Source: Macrostomum lignano
Lineage: Eukaryota
NCBI GenBank assembly: GCA_002269645.1
Contig: NIVC01001036.1
Coordinates: 124,001-188,000 of the forward strand
Length of the DNA: 64,000 bases
Direction: 5' to 3'
The stretch's first letter is position 1, and each line of letters begins with the position of its first letter. The translations under genes and the position numbers were made by a program. Of this stretch, positions 30,455 through 42,007 are shown piece after piece. Below the pieces are notes generated by a model. It did no database searches. It was not told the origin of the DNA and saw nothing but the letters and a program-made list of their open reading frames with translations.

Positions 30455-30958
30455 TGACATTGTACTTAGCTCTGATTGGCTGACAGAGAAACAGCACTGA
30501 CACTGTACTTAGCTCTGATTGGCTGACAGAGAAACAGCACTGACACTGTACTTAGCTCTGATTGGCTGACACAGAAACAGCACTGACATTGTACTTAGCT
30601 CTGATTGGCTGACACAGAAACAGCCCTGACATTGTACTTAGCTCTGATTGGCTGACAGAGAAACAGTACTGACACTGTACTTAGCTCTGATTGGCTGACA
30701 CTGAAACAGTACTGACATTGTACTTAGCTCTGATTGGCTGACAGAGAAACAGTACTGACACTGTACTTAGCTCTGATTGGCTGACACTGAAACAGTACTG
30801 ACACTGCACTTAGCTCTGATTGGCTGACACTGAAACAGTACTGACACTGTACTTAGCTCTGATTGGCTGACACTGAAACAGTACTGACACTGTACTTAGC
30901 TCTGATTGGCTGACACTGAAACAGTACTGACACTGCACTTAGCTCTGATTGGCTGACA
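30455..30958. repeat. 43-nt minisatellite, 12 copies, each with CTGATTGGCT (inverted CCAAT box)
   Basis: TCTGATTGGC recurs every 43 nt from 30471 to 30944. Confidence 0.96.
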
Positions 30959-32345
30959 AATTTACTTAACTATAGAACTAAAACAAATTTTCAAGTGATT
31001 TAAACCTTCACAGTATCCCCCGTATTGCAAAATCTACTTTAATAACGAAATTTATTTGAAATTTGCTTCAATGCAAATAAACAGCTCAAAAACAGACAAT
31101 TTTTGAACAGGGAGCATGGGCTCAAGAAGCTTTGTAAGGTCACGCAGTTGAACGGGAATATAATAAAGCATTAGCCAGAATACACTGCGTCAATGTGAAC
31201 TTATAATAATGCACACTAAAGTGTCTGGGTGGATGTACTTTTGTTCATGCGAATTTCTAATTCGAGCCTTGATTTGATGTGGGAGGGCGATGCAGCTGAA
31301 CTATCGGCAATGAGAAGCAGAGTTTATATGCGTTCATAGTAATCCTCATTACAGTTTAACTATTACTTGTTTTTTTCCTAAAGCCACAACGGTAAAACTG
31401 ATATTACTTAATGCATTAAAAACGATCTATCTGATTGTTAGCTAGGAAATAAACTCCGTTCAAAGTTTAACAAATATTTCTTCAGACAAAAAATTGCTTG
31501 CACATTTTAGTATTATTAAATATTGTCTATTATTAACGAAAAAAGGAGGGTGAAGCAGAAGACACAGTGGAACAAAGCCAACTAATTTTTTACACTGAGA
31601 AGCAATGAGATCCTTCTTACAAACAAACGAGCGTAAAAAATTCAGTTTTAAAACACATTATTTACCATTTAGTTAAGTATAACAAACTTGACACAACTAA
31701 GCTTTCGCCCCAAAATCTGCGTTTGAAAAGCTCATAAAATTGTCACGTTTTTTCATTACAAATTGGCGGAAATTCTAACAAAGATAACTGTTTAAATCTA
31801 TTCCATGAATTTCCAGGAAAATTTACGCGCACAACCCGGAAAACACCGGAAATTTACGATAAAAATCCTTTTTTTTCCAATTCCTAATGTTTGAATCCAC
31901 AGTTTATGGGGATTAAATATTGAAATAATACACAAAATTTTGTCCGCAGTTTGCGAACAAAGCCGGTTAGCAGAGACGGTGCGCAGAAAAAAATAATTAA
32001 AATTTGTTTAAATACGCGACTTGACCGCAGTATAAAGTCGCTTCTGGTGTCGTTAGGAGGGACAACTGTGATTAAATATGTCTTCTTTTGCGAAAGAATT
32101 GTCACTTAAAGCGAAGTAACACGTCGAATAGAAGAAACTTGCAAACACGAAGTTGGAGAATGCCGAACTCTTATTTCTAAAACAGTAGCAGAAAATCATG
32201 AGACAGAGGACAATGATGGAGCTATGAATAAAAGATGCTGACGACCCCAAGTTTCAGGCGGAACAAATCTACTTCTATCTGGTGATCTTTTTCCTTAGTT
32301 CGAAATGGTTTTTCTGGTGCTAGGATTTTTTCAAAACCCCATCGC

Positions 32346-32449
32346 CTAGCTGTTGGCCTCATCTTCTTGATGCTGCTGCTGCTGCTCGCCATGTCCCTCT
32401 TGCTCGTGCAGCAGCCCCATCTCCTTGCGAGTTTTGTAGCCCTTGAAGC
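32346..32449 (-). CDS. IQ locus unit B terminal exon ((G)FKGYKTRKEMGLLHEQEGHGEQQQQHQEDEANS*)
   Basis: Acceptor cacatttcag| in phase 1 completes IQAGFKGYKTRK begun in exon 34171-34338; TAG at 32348-32346. Confidence 0.88.
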
Positions 32450-32475
32450 CTGAAATGTGCGATAGGAACTTTTAT

Positions 32476-32925
32476 TGGAATGTGCAGTTGGGATCTATTG
32501 GAATGTGCAGCTGGGATCTATTGGAATGTGCAGCTGGCTAGGATCTACTGGAATGTGCAGCTGGGATCTACTGGAATGTGCAGTCTGTTGGGATCTCTTG
32601 GAATGTGCAGTCTGCTGGGATCTATTGGAATGTGCAGCCTGCTGGGATCTATTGGAATGTGCAGCCTGCTGGGATCTATTGGAATGTGCAGCCTGCTGGG
32701 ATCTATTGGAATGTGCAGCCTGCTGGGATCTATTGAAATGTGCAGTCTGTTGAGATCTATGAGATCTATTGGAATGTGCAGCCTGCTGGGATCTATTGAA
32801 ATGTGCAGTCTGTTGAGATCTATGAGATCTATTGGAATGTGCAGCCTGCTGGGATCTATTGAAATGTGCAGTCTGTTGAGATCTATGAGATCTATTGGAA
32901 TGTGCAGCCTGCTGGGATCGATTGG
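32476..32925. repeat. 27-nt minisatellite (GGATCTATTGGAATGTGCAGCCTGCTG)
   Basis: Tandem periodicity; abuts the terminal-exon acceptor. Confidence 0.95.
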
Positions 32926-33383
32926 AATTTGCAATTCAGACTTCAATAGTATTAATGACTGCAGAGATCAATTTGAATTTTCAAGGTTTGAACGCATTGT
33001 AATGTAAGCACATTGATTGTGACTGCACAGTATCTAGTCAAAACGATGCATGTTAATTAAAACTGTAATAGAAATCAAATAAGCAGAGTAAAAGAATTAA
33101 TTGAAAACAATTGCTACTGTCAGTAGTGCTACTCAAACTAGTATTATGGGGTCACAACAATCTAAATTTGCAAATTCGGCTATCTAAAAATGTTAGCATA
33201 ATTACTCTAGCTCGTAGCTAAGAGCAGCGCAATGCTCAGGAATCGAAGAGGATTTTTTTGCTTTGCGTCGGCGCACTTTCAAATTTACCTGTCATTCGAT
33301 TAGTTGATATTTTTATTGGAGCACGTTCGGATTCAGTCTGCAAAGTCGGATTTCAAAATTTCTATTTTCAATCAAGTTCAAAG

Positions 33384-34076
33384 CAAGGACCACTGTATAA
33401 CAAGACATGAAACTCAAAGATCGTGTAATTCTTTAGAGGCCGAGTTCCTGTGAAAAAGACAATTAGTTTTCTAGTGAAATTTTTATTTTCATATTGTTTT
33501 CTTTTTATTTCATAAGGTCAAGCCAAAGTTGTAAATACTCGCAAAAGAAATTTAGTTTTTTTCGCTTCTTTGTTTTGCTGATAAAATGATATTGGTAATC
33601 ATTTTCTACATTTAATTATTTTGACAGATCTAGGAATAGCTACTAAATATGCATTTAAATGTGACTATGCCTCCAATAATGGCTTAAGGAGTCCTGCATG
33701 CAACAAGTTGAGTTTTATCTTGAGTTTTGCGTTTACTAGCTAAGAGTTGTAGCCTAGTGGTCAGAGCGTGGGACTCACGACTTGGAAGGTCGGGGGTTCG
33801 ATTCCCGATCCCACTGAAACAATTTGCGTCCTTGAGCAGGACACTTAATTCTGCATTGCTTCAGTTCACCCAGCTGTAAAATGGATGCCAGCATTAGCTG
33901 GGGTAATTGAGGCTGTGCGTGGCGACCCCCCAGTCCTTGGACTGAACAGCCGTACGCAGCCTTCAGATGCGCCGCGCAATAGCTGCGGCTGAGCTGTCGG
34001 TTGCACATCTGGCACAACTGGGGCAGGTGTAATCAGTTATTATTAGCTGCGTCCTGTCATACTACAGTGGTCCTTG
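33384..34076. mobile_element. hAT-type non-autonomous element (MITE), 693 nt, with nested SINE
   Basis: Perfect 14-bp TIR CAAGGACCACTGTA / TACAGTGGTCCTTG; perfect 8-bp TSD GTTCAAAG (33376-33383, 34077-34084). Confidence 0.85.
33744..34045 (+). mobile_element. tRNA-derived SINE, family B, with Meta/V-like conserved core
   Basis: A box TAGCCTAGTGG, B box GGTTCGATTCC, then GTCCTTGAGCAGGACACTT...CTTCAGTTCACCCAGCTGTAAAATGG; (TTA)n tail. Confidence 0.85.
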
Positions 34077-34170
34077 GTTCAAAGCCGCTCAAAGAACACC
34101 CAGGAAATCGATTATTTGAAGCCTACTAAGAGTAGTCGGTCAGCGTGAGCACAGAGAAATATGTCTTTAC

Positions 34171-34338
34171 CGGCTTGAATTTTGGCGGCCGCCGCGTTCT
34201 GCTCCTCCGCTGAGGGCTGCTCCACGTTGCCATGGAGATGGTTGCCATCCTCGGCAGCGTTGCGCCCCGTTGTCGCAGCCGACGCCTCTTCATCTTTGTG
34301 TTTCCGCAACTCCTTCACCTCTTTGCGGGCTTGCATGC
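34171..34338 (-). CDS. IQ locus unit B exon 5 ((G)MQARKEVKELRK...EEQNAAAAKIQA)
   Basis: Acceptor catggcag|GC and donor GCCG|GTAAAG, phase 1-1; joins half-IQ motifs on both sides in frame. Confidence 0.9.
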
Positions 34339-34422
34339 CTGCCATGGGGTTATTAGTTTTATTGGCTCCAGGACATTGAGGCATTAGTATCTGGGACTTC
34401 TAACAAGTGTACTTTTCTATAC

Positions 34423-34543
34423 CTTTGAAACCGGCTTGGATCTTTGTTGCCGCCTGGTTCACGCGGGGATCGCTCTCGTCAACATCGAGATGCTCATCGG
34501 CCGAAGGATGCTGACTGTGCTGCTCTGGTTGCTGCTGAGGCTG
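34423..34543 (-). CDS. IQ locus unit B exon 4 (QPQQQPEQHSQHPSADEHLDVDESDPRVNQAATKIQAGFK)
   Basis: Acceptor ttccag| (NAGNAG), donor AAAG|GTATAG phase 1; acidic-IQ motif. Confidence 0.85.
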
Positions 34544-34704
34544 CTGGAACGAATCGAGTTTTGGGCCTCCGATTTTTGGTGATATTCGCAAATTTCTGCA
34601 CCGTTATCACCAGGTATGTATATCCTAGCTAATCCTAGATTGTACTGTCATTTTGACAACTTTAACGGCCAGTTTTGCCCACCATTTGCTGATAATTGCC
34701 ACCT

Positions 34705-36230
34705 CATCACTCCCTCCCCAGTGTCAGCAACCTACCTCATCACTCCCTTCCCCAGTGTCAGCAGCCTACCTCATCGCTCCCTCCCCAGTGTCAGCAGCCT
34801 ACCTCATCACTCTCTCCCCAGTGTCAGCAGCCTACCTCATCACTCCCTCCCCAGTGTCAGTAACCTATCTTATCACTCCCTTCCCCAGTGTCAGTAACCT
34901 ACCTCATCACTCCCTCCCAAGTGTCAGCAGCCTACCTCATCACTCCCTCTCCAGTGTCAGCAACCTACCTCATCACTCCCTTCCACAGTGTCAGCAGCCT
35001 ACCTCATCGCTCCCTCCCCAGTGTCAGCAGCCTACCTCATCACTCTCTCCCCAGTGTCAGTAACCTATCTTATCACTCCCTTCCCCAGTGTCAGTAACCT
35101 ACCTCATCACTCCCTCCCAAGTGTCAGCAGCCTACCTCATCACTCCCTCCCCAGTGTCAGCAGCCTACCTCATCACTCCCTTCCACAGTGTCAGCAGCCT
35201 ACCTCATCACTCCCTTCCCCAGTGTCAGCAGCCTACCTCATCACCCCCTCCCCAGTGTCAGCAGCCTACCTCATCATTCCCTCCCCAGTGTCAGTAACCT
35301 ACCTCATCGCTCCCTCCCCAGTGTCAGTAACCTACCTCATCACTCCCTCCCCAGTGTCAGTAACCTACCTCATCACTCCCTCCCCAGTGTCAGTAACCTA
35401 CCTCATCACTCCCTCCCCAGTGTCAGTAACCTACCTCATCACTCCCTCCCCAGTGTCAGTAACCTACCTCATCACTCCCTCCCCAGTGTCAGTAACCTAC
35501 CTCATCACTCCCTCCCCAGAGTCAGTAACCTACCTCATCACTCCCTCCCCAGTGTCAGTAACCTACCTCATCACTCCCTCCCCAGTGTCAGCAACCTACC
35601 TCATCACTCCCTCCCCAGTGTCAACAGCCTACCTCATCACTCCCTCCCCAGTGTCAGTAACCTACCTCATCACTCTCTCCCCAGTGTCAGCAGCCTACCT
35701 CATCACTCCCTCCCCAGTGTCAGTAACCTATCTTATCACTCCCTCCCCAGTGTCAGCAGCCTACCTCATCACTCCCTCCCCAGTGTCAACAGCCTACCTC
35801 ATCACTCCCTCCCAGTGTCAGCAGCCTACCTCAGCACTCCCTCCCCAATGTCAGCAGCCTACCTCATCACTCCCTCCCCAGTGTCAGCAGCCTACCTCAG
35901 CACTCCCTCCCCAATGTCAGTAACCTACCTCATCACTCCCTCCCCAGTGTCAGCAGCCTACCTCAGCACTCCCTCCCCAGTGTCAGTAACCTACCTCATC
36001 ACTCCCTCCCCAGTGTCAGCAGCCTACCTCAGCACTCCCTCCCCAATGTCAGCAGCCTACCTCATCACTCCCTCCCCAGTGTCAGCAGCCTACCTCAGCA
36101 CTCCCTCCCCAATGTCAGCAGCCTACCTCATCACTCCCTCCCCAGTGTCAGCAGCCTACCTCATCACTCCCTCCCCAGTGTCAGCAGCCTACCTCATCAC
36201 TCCCTCCCCAGTGTCAGCAGCCTACCTCAT
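34705..36230. repeat. 33-nt minisatellite (sense strand GTAGGCTGCTGACACTGGGGAGGGAGTGATGAG), ~46 copies, starting at a splice donor
   Basis: Tandem periodicity; first unit begins at the donor of exon 36226-36375. Confidence 0.97.
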
Positions 36231-36375
36231 GCTCCTTCGCCTCGGCCAGGTGTTTCCTAGTCTGGTAGCCCTTGAAGCCGGCCTGGATTCGCGCCGCAGC
36301 CGCCGCCTCCTCCTCAGCCGAGTGTCCGGCCGCCTCGGCCGCCAGGAGGTCTCGCTGATGCTGTTCCTCTTCCGC
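36226..36375 (-). CDS. IQ locus unit B exon 3 (AEEEQHQRDLLAAEAAGHSAEEEAAAAARIQAGFKGYQTRKHLAEAKEHE)
   Basis: Acceptor tttcggccaag|, donor GAG|GTAGGC; 150 nt, phase 0-0; canonical IQ. Confidence 0.88.
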
Positions 36376-37244
36376 CTTGGCCGAAATGACAATCAGTTTG
36401 GGGGATGGTAAGCGGATAGGTAGCGAGGCATTGAAGTGGGGAGAAAAGTACGCAGAGTCGCTGCAAGAGGCGAAAGCACTCCTGGCCTCCTCATGAGGTC
36501 GGATTAACCGTTGGATAGCAGATTAAGTGCTAAATAAACTACTGGTTAAAGGTGCGACCAGAAATTAGTGCCAAGAAAGTACATTTTGTGTGATTAATCC
36601 CGCTAGGGAGGTTTTTTTCAACTTTCTCGCTTTGTTTTTCTCTTTATCGTAGAATTAATTTAGTTAAACAAGACAGGCCTAACTCTACAAGCTCAGAAAC
36701 AAAACAAAAAAGAGGCAGTTAATAAAAGCAGAACGAACGACAGGAGAGTTGCTTGCTTCGCAACAAAAAATCAACAATGCAGCAAGCCAAAAGAAACGTG
36801 AACTGCATGGGTGTTTTTGGGTTGTATTGTTTCTTTGTTTTCAGAGTTTCCTCGCAACACAAACTGATAGTCAGTCACGGTACATGTCAATAAGAAGGGC
36901 TAGAAAGAGTACGCAAAAGAATCCAACAAGATAAAAGATTTCTGCAGACAGAAGCCGGGGTGCTGCAAGTCACGGACGAAACTAAGACAATCTGTGTTAG
37001 AATGTGTGTATATATTGTGCTTATTGCTGCAGAGTGTTTAACTGGCAGCATTCAGTCCGGATAAAAGAGTCTGTCTTTTAATTTTGTTGATCGTCCTAAA
37101 ATATTTTTCAGTAGAGAAATGATTTTGATTCATGTCGAGAGTAGGGTGTCGAATACTCGTATGCTAGTCATTCTGTACTGAGTTTTCTAACCCGATTGGA
37201 AGCTTTAGAGCGTTGAATTCAACCACTTCAATCCCTGCGCCTCC

Positions 37245-37500
37245 CACTTAGTCACCCACCTCACTCCCTGCCCCTCCTAATCAACCAGCCCCCTCACTCC
37301 CTGCCCCTCCTAGTCAACCACCCACATCATTCCTGCCCCTCCTAGTCAAGCACCCACCTCATTCCCTGCCCCTCCTAGTCAAGCACCCACCTCATTCCCT
37401 GCCCCTCCTAGTCAAGCACCCACCTCATTCCCTGCCCCTCCTAGTCAAGCACCCACCTCACTCCCTGCAACTCCAACTCAGCCACCCACCCCACTCCCTA
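37245..37500. repeat. 33-nt minisatellite (CACCCACCTCATTCCCTGCCCCTCCTAGTCAAG)
   Basis: Tandem periodicity. Confidence 0.92.
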
Positions 37501-38093
37501 CCCATCCCCGCCCATTCGCGAAAAATCCTAACTAATTGTAAGCGGCATGCTTAATCGAATACTCAAGAATAAGCTCATGCTATGTAATCCATATAACGGT
37601 ATAGAGAGATGCAAAAAAAGCTGTGTACCGCTGCCTGCTAATAATATTGCACACAGCATCGGCAAGCTGAGAGTAAGCAACTTGTTCGTAAAATTTCTTT
37701 ACCAAAATAATGATCATTACTATATTTTCTGCGCCAAGACACAATGGCCGCCATTTTAGAGAGAAAAAATCTATTCATTTGCCCTCAAGTCTCTTTCATT
37801 TCTTTTCATTATTCCATCAATCATTTTGGCAGTTATTCCGGCAGCGATTGGCCCAAAACGGAAGCGGAACTTTAGGATCAAAAGAGTCGCTACCGAAATC
37901 CTCTAGGAGGTGAGGGGAAATGCGATTGAGGAAAAAATGGGAGGCAGACGAGGAGCCTTCGCTACGAAGCAGCATCAAGCGGCTCACACAAAACTGCAAC
38001 GGCCAACAGCTAAGCTAGCAAGCCAATCCGTGCAGACGATTTGCTGAGAAACTGCACCGAGTCAGCCGGCCGAGTCTTTCACAGCCATCTCAC

Positions 38094-38255
38094 CTCCTGG
38101 TGTTGTTGTTGTTGTTGTTGCTGGTGCTGCCTTCTCTCCTGCTGCGACTGGCGGGTTTTGAAGCCCCGGTAACCCGCCTGAATTGTTTCAGCCGCTGCCG
38201 CCGTTTCCGCGGCGTCCCGCTCTGGACTGGACGCCGGCAGGCCCTCAAACAATCT
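38094..38255 (-). CDS. IQ locus unit B exon 2 (RLFEGLPASSPERDAAETAAAAETIQAGYRGFKTRQSQQERRQHQ...E)
   Basis: Acceptor gacgcgcag| (nearby alternatives possible), donor GAG|GTGAGA; phase 0-0; IQ motif. Confidence 0.82.
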
Positions 38256-38439
38256 CTGCGCGTCAGCGAATGCGAGCCAGTTCAAAGTCCGAGTGCATCA
38301 AGCGGGTGGCTAATCTCACTGATTTGAGATTGTGCATTCAGCTAATTTCTATCTTGTTTATTAGATAGTTAAGAAGGCTGAGAAGAGACATGCCAACTCT
38401 GTTCTTTTCTAATAGCAATTCTTTCAGCCCTTGAAATCT

Positions 38440-39455
38440 TAAGGCCTGAGCCATTCCGACACCCACCTCACTCCCCTGTCTGCCCTGGGCCATTCCGACA
38501 CCCTCCTCACTCCCCTGCCTGCCTGGGCCATTCCGACACTCACCTCACTCCCCTGCCTGCCCTGGGCCATTCCGACACCCACCTCCCTCCCCTGTCTGCC
38601 CTGGGCCATTCCGACACCCACCTCACTCCCCTGTCTGCCCTGGGCCATTCCGACACCCTCCTCACTCCCCTGCCTGTCCTGGGCCATTCCGACACCCTCC
38701 TCACTCCCCTGTCTGCCCTGGGCCATTCCGACACCCTCCTCACTCCCCTGCCTGCCCTGGGCCATTCCGACACCCTCCTCACTCCCCTGCCTGCCCTGGG
38801 CCATTCCGACACCCTCCTCACTCCCCTGCCTGTCCTGGGACATTCCGACACCCTCCTCACTCCCCTGCCTACCCTGGACATTCCGACACCCACCTCACCC
38901 CTGCCTGCCCTGGACATTCCGACACCCACCTCACCCCTGCCTGCCCTGGACATTCCGACACCCACCTCACTCCCCTGCCTGTCCTGGGCCATTCCGACAC
39001 CCTCCTCACTCCCCTGTCTGCCCTGGGCCATTCCGACACCCTCCTCACTCCCCTGCCTGCCCTGGGCCATTCCGACACCCACCTCACTCCCCTGCCTGCC
39101 CTGGGCCATTCCGACACCCTCCTCACTCCCCTGCCTGCCCTGGGCCATTCCGACACCCTCCTCACTCCCCTGCCTGCCCTGGACATTCCGACACCCACCT
39201 CACCTCCTGCCTGCCCTGGACATTCCGACACCCACCTCACCCCTGCCTGCCCTGGACATTCCGACACCCACCTCACCCCTGCCTGCCCTGGACATTCCGA
39301 CACCCATCTCACCCCCTGCCTGCCCTGGAAATTCCGACACCCACCTCACCTCCTGCCTGCCCTGGACATTCCGACACCCACCTCACCCCTGCCTGCCCTG
39401 GACATTCCGACACCCATCTCACCCCCTGCCTGCCCTGGAAATTCCGACACCCACC
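38440..39455. repeat. 38-39-nt minisatellite (GCCCTGGGCCATTCCGACACCCTCCTCACTCCCCTGCCT)
   Basis: Tandem periodicity. Confidence 0.96.
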
Positions 39456-41452
39456 TTAACTTCCGCCCTTTTCATTTACTCGTACTAGCCGCATAGTACA
39501 AATACATGTACAAGTTCTCAAATTCAACCGAATACCAATTCTTGTGGATAATAATTTCAGACAGAAGTATCCAAAATAATCGATGCAAAATCAATCACAA
39601 ACAGCATTGACAACGCCAGGATAGAACAAATCCGAAAGTTATTGAGCAACTAAAAGTACAGTAGGCTAAGCCACAATCAGAGACAGATTTTTGTGGGACA
39701 AATAATATTTCAGAGTGGATATTAATAATAGCCAACGGAGAATAGAGAGGCAGATGGGGACAGTCGTGACAGACTGCGGACGGTTCTCATACCGATCCCA
39801 GCTAATTCTCCCAGTTCCCGCATCATCCAGCGCAGCCGTCGCATTTCTCCTTCCTCCTCCCACCCCATTGCGAATCCCCGAGCAGAAAAAAATCAATTTT
39901 TCTCCGTGACGCGGCCGGAAATCGCGGTTGCCGCCCGTCCGCCCCAGCCCCACCCCACTCAGTCAGTTGACGGGGGGGCTGCAACGATTTTCTATCCCAC
40001 ACCCCCTCCCCTGCTATCTTCTCTCATCGCCTCTTTTTGATTTTTTACGCCACTAATTTCACTTGGCGGACGTGACTTGAGGGAAACTCGTCCTTATACC
40101 CTAACCTTTCCCTCGGGCGATTGGAAAATTTCAAATCAACTTTGATGAGTTGCCTATCACGTATTATATTACTTAAATATATTATTATATAGGAACTCGT
40201 ATAGCGCCTAGATAGAGCTTTAACCCAGATATCTGCAATTGGGAAAAAAACTCTTGAAGAGACGCAAGGCAAGACATGCAGAGGCAAGCCATACTGAGTC
40301 AGTGGGCCGCCGGCACTTCAGAGGCTTCCCAATTTCATAGGGGCAACACCTGTTGTCGGGCAGTTGTTGGCAGTTGACTAAGTGGGAGCTCTGTCTTCAA
40401 AATAATACTTCCACTTCCTTACCCCTTCTCCCAGCCAAAGTACACCTGCTGCCAATCGAGCTAAGAAATCCTCTTAATAAATGTGTACTTTTGCCATTAG
40501 AAGGAATTGACTTTGCTTAGCCGGGGAAAAATCTCGAAAATAGTTTTTCATTGTGAGCCTCGAATTCGGCATACTAGGCCGCTTTATGCCTCGCTATATA
40601 AATTTTCCTCCGATGCTATTTTTGACCCTCAACAGCCTCTCGTTCTTCTTCATCAACAATCGCCTCAGAAGCTGCTGCAGCTGCAGGGCATGCCAGGGCA
40701 TGCACAGCTCTGCCACACCCGTCCTTCCTTTTCGCTTTTCTCCCTCATTCTCTCCTCTCTCTCTCCTCAATCCTCAACCCTCAACCCCGAGGGCCTTGAC
40801 ATTTTCACTCCGCAGTGCCTCCCCGTCCAGGCGGCATTCCAATCTAGCCAGCTGCCGCATATTCACGGATGACGGCTGATGTAGCATCGCGAGGGGGGGG
40901 GGGCTAGCCACCCACCACACACCCTTCGAACTCCGAACATGCCGCCCTTCAATTGCTTTCAGGCCAGACCCGCAGACCGACCGAGATGGATAATGCGTGT
41001 TGGGACCGCGATCGTGCGGGTTTCTTATTCTCGTCCCAACTTCGACCCTGGCTGCAGATTCTCCCTCTCCCGCTATCCCCTCCCCTTCCAGCGGGGCAGC
41101 TGGGCAAGCTTCAGTTTAATCTGCCCGCCCTCTGGGATAACATTAGCGAAGGGGAAGAGAGAATGGCATTGGGATTCTTTAATCGCCTCAGCGGCACAAA
41201 GAGGGTGCAAGTGTACACCCGATATGCCGGTTGTCGATTGGCTTCCAACCACCTGCTGAGCTCCTATTTTGCTAATTATTTTACAATACGCCGTGAAGTT
41301 TCCTTCGCTGGGCGAACTTCTAAAAGTGCAGGGCTTCTTGCACCAGATCGCGGGCTTCGGGGACTCTCTCTCTGGGCTAAGACCATCTTGTGAATTTATT
41401 CGGCTGATGTGATGATGGTTAGGACAAGAATTGCAGGCTCTTGATCTCTTAC

Positions 41453-42007
41453 CCGGCTCCTCTCCTCCCGCTCCTGGGCCTCTCGCCTCGCCTCCTCTTC
41501 CCTGATCTGGCGCTCGTAGAACCAATGCGAGAATTTCACCACGGAGACAACCGTTGACGGCGGCGAGAACTGGCGCGGCAGGCTCTGCGCTGCGCGACCG
41601 CCGCCTGTGCGGCGCCCGAGAGCCGGCGGTCCGTTCGCGGCCGGAGGCGCGCTTGACGGCTCCTCCGACGACGCCAGCTGGCTGCCGTGCTGCGACTGCG
41701 TCATCTTCGGCGCCAGATATTGCTCCTTGAGGGCGGCCCACCTGTCCGCCGAGTTCACGTAGTCGCTTTTTCTTAGAAAATCGTACCTAGCCAAAGTGGC
41801 GGATTTCTGAATATTGCTGCCAGGCGCGGCCGACTGCTGGCCCTGGACGCGGGCAGCGACCACCGTTTCGTTGATCTCCGTTTCGCCGCCGTTTTTGGCG
41901 CCATCTGCGGCGCCAGATATGGGGGCGCCTGGCGCGCCGTCCGTGCCGGCGCCGTCGACTACGGACTTGTCCTTCTTTTTGCGCTTCCCGAAGCAGCCGA
42001 AAGGCAT
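41453..42007 (-). CDS. IQ locus unit B first coding exon, 185 aa, N-terminus MPFGCFGKRKKK (Cys + polybasic membrane anchor)
   Basis: GCCGCAATG start with in-frame TAA 3 codons upstream; GC-rich; donor CGG|GTAAGA phase 0. Confidence 0.8.

Noticed and set aside
30455-30958. CRISPR-like arrays here or at 25705-26478
   Set aside because: Eukaryotic context, no unique spacers, no cas genes
33744-33820. tRNA gene
   Set aside because: A/B boxes are present but followed by a SINE core and tail; no convincing acceptor stem
34653-36411. Plus-strand ORFs up to 407 aa
   Set aside because: Antisense read-through of an intronic 33-nt array
38439-39312. Minus-strand MAQGRQGSEEGVG repeat ORFs
   Set aside because: Minisatellite open in shifting frames; no supported splice sites
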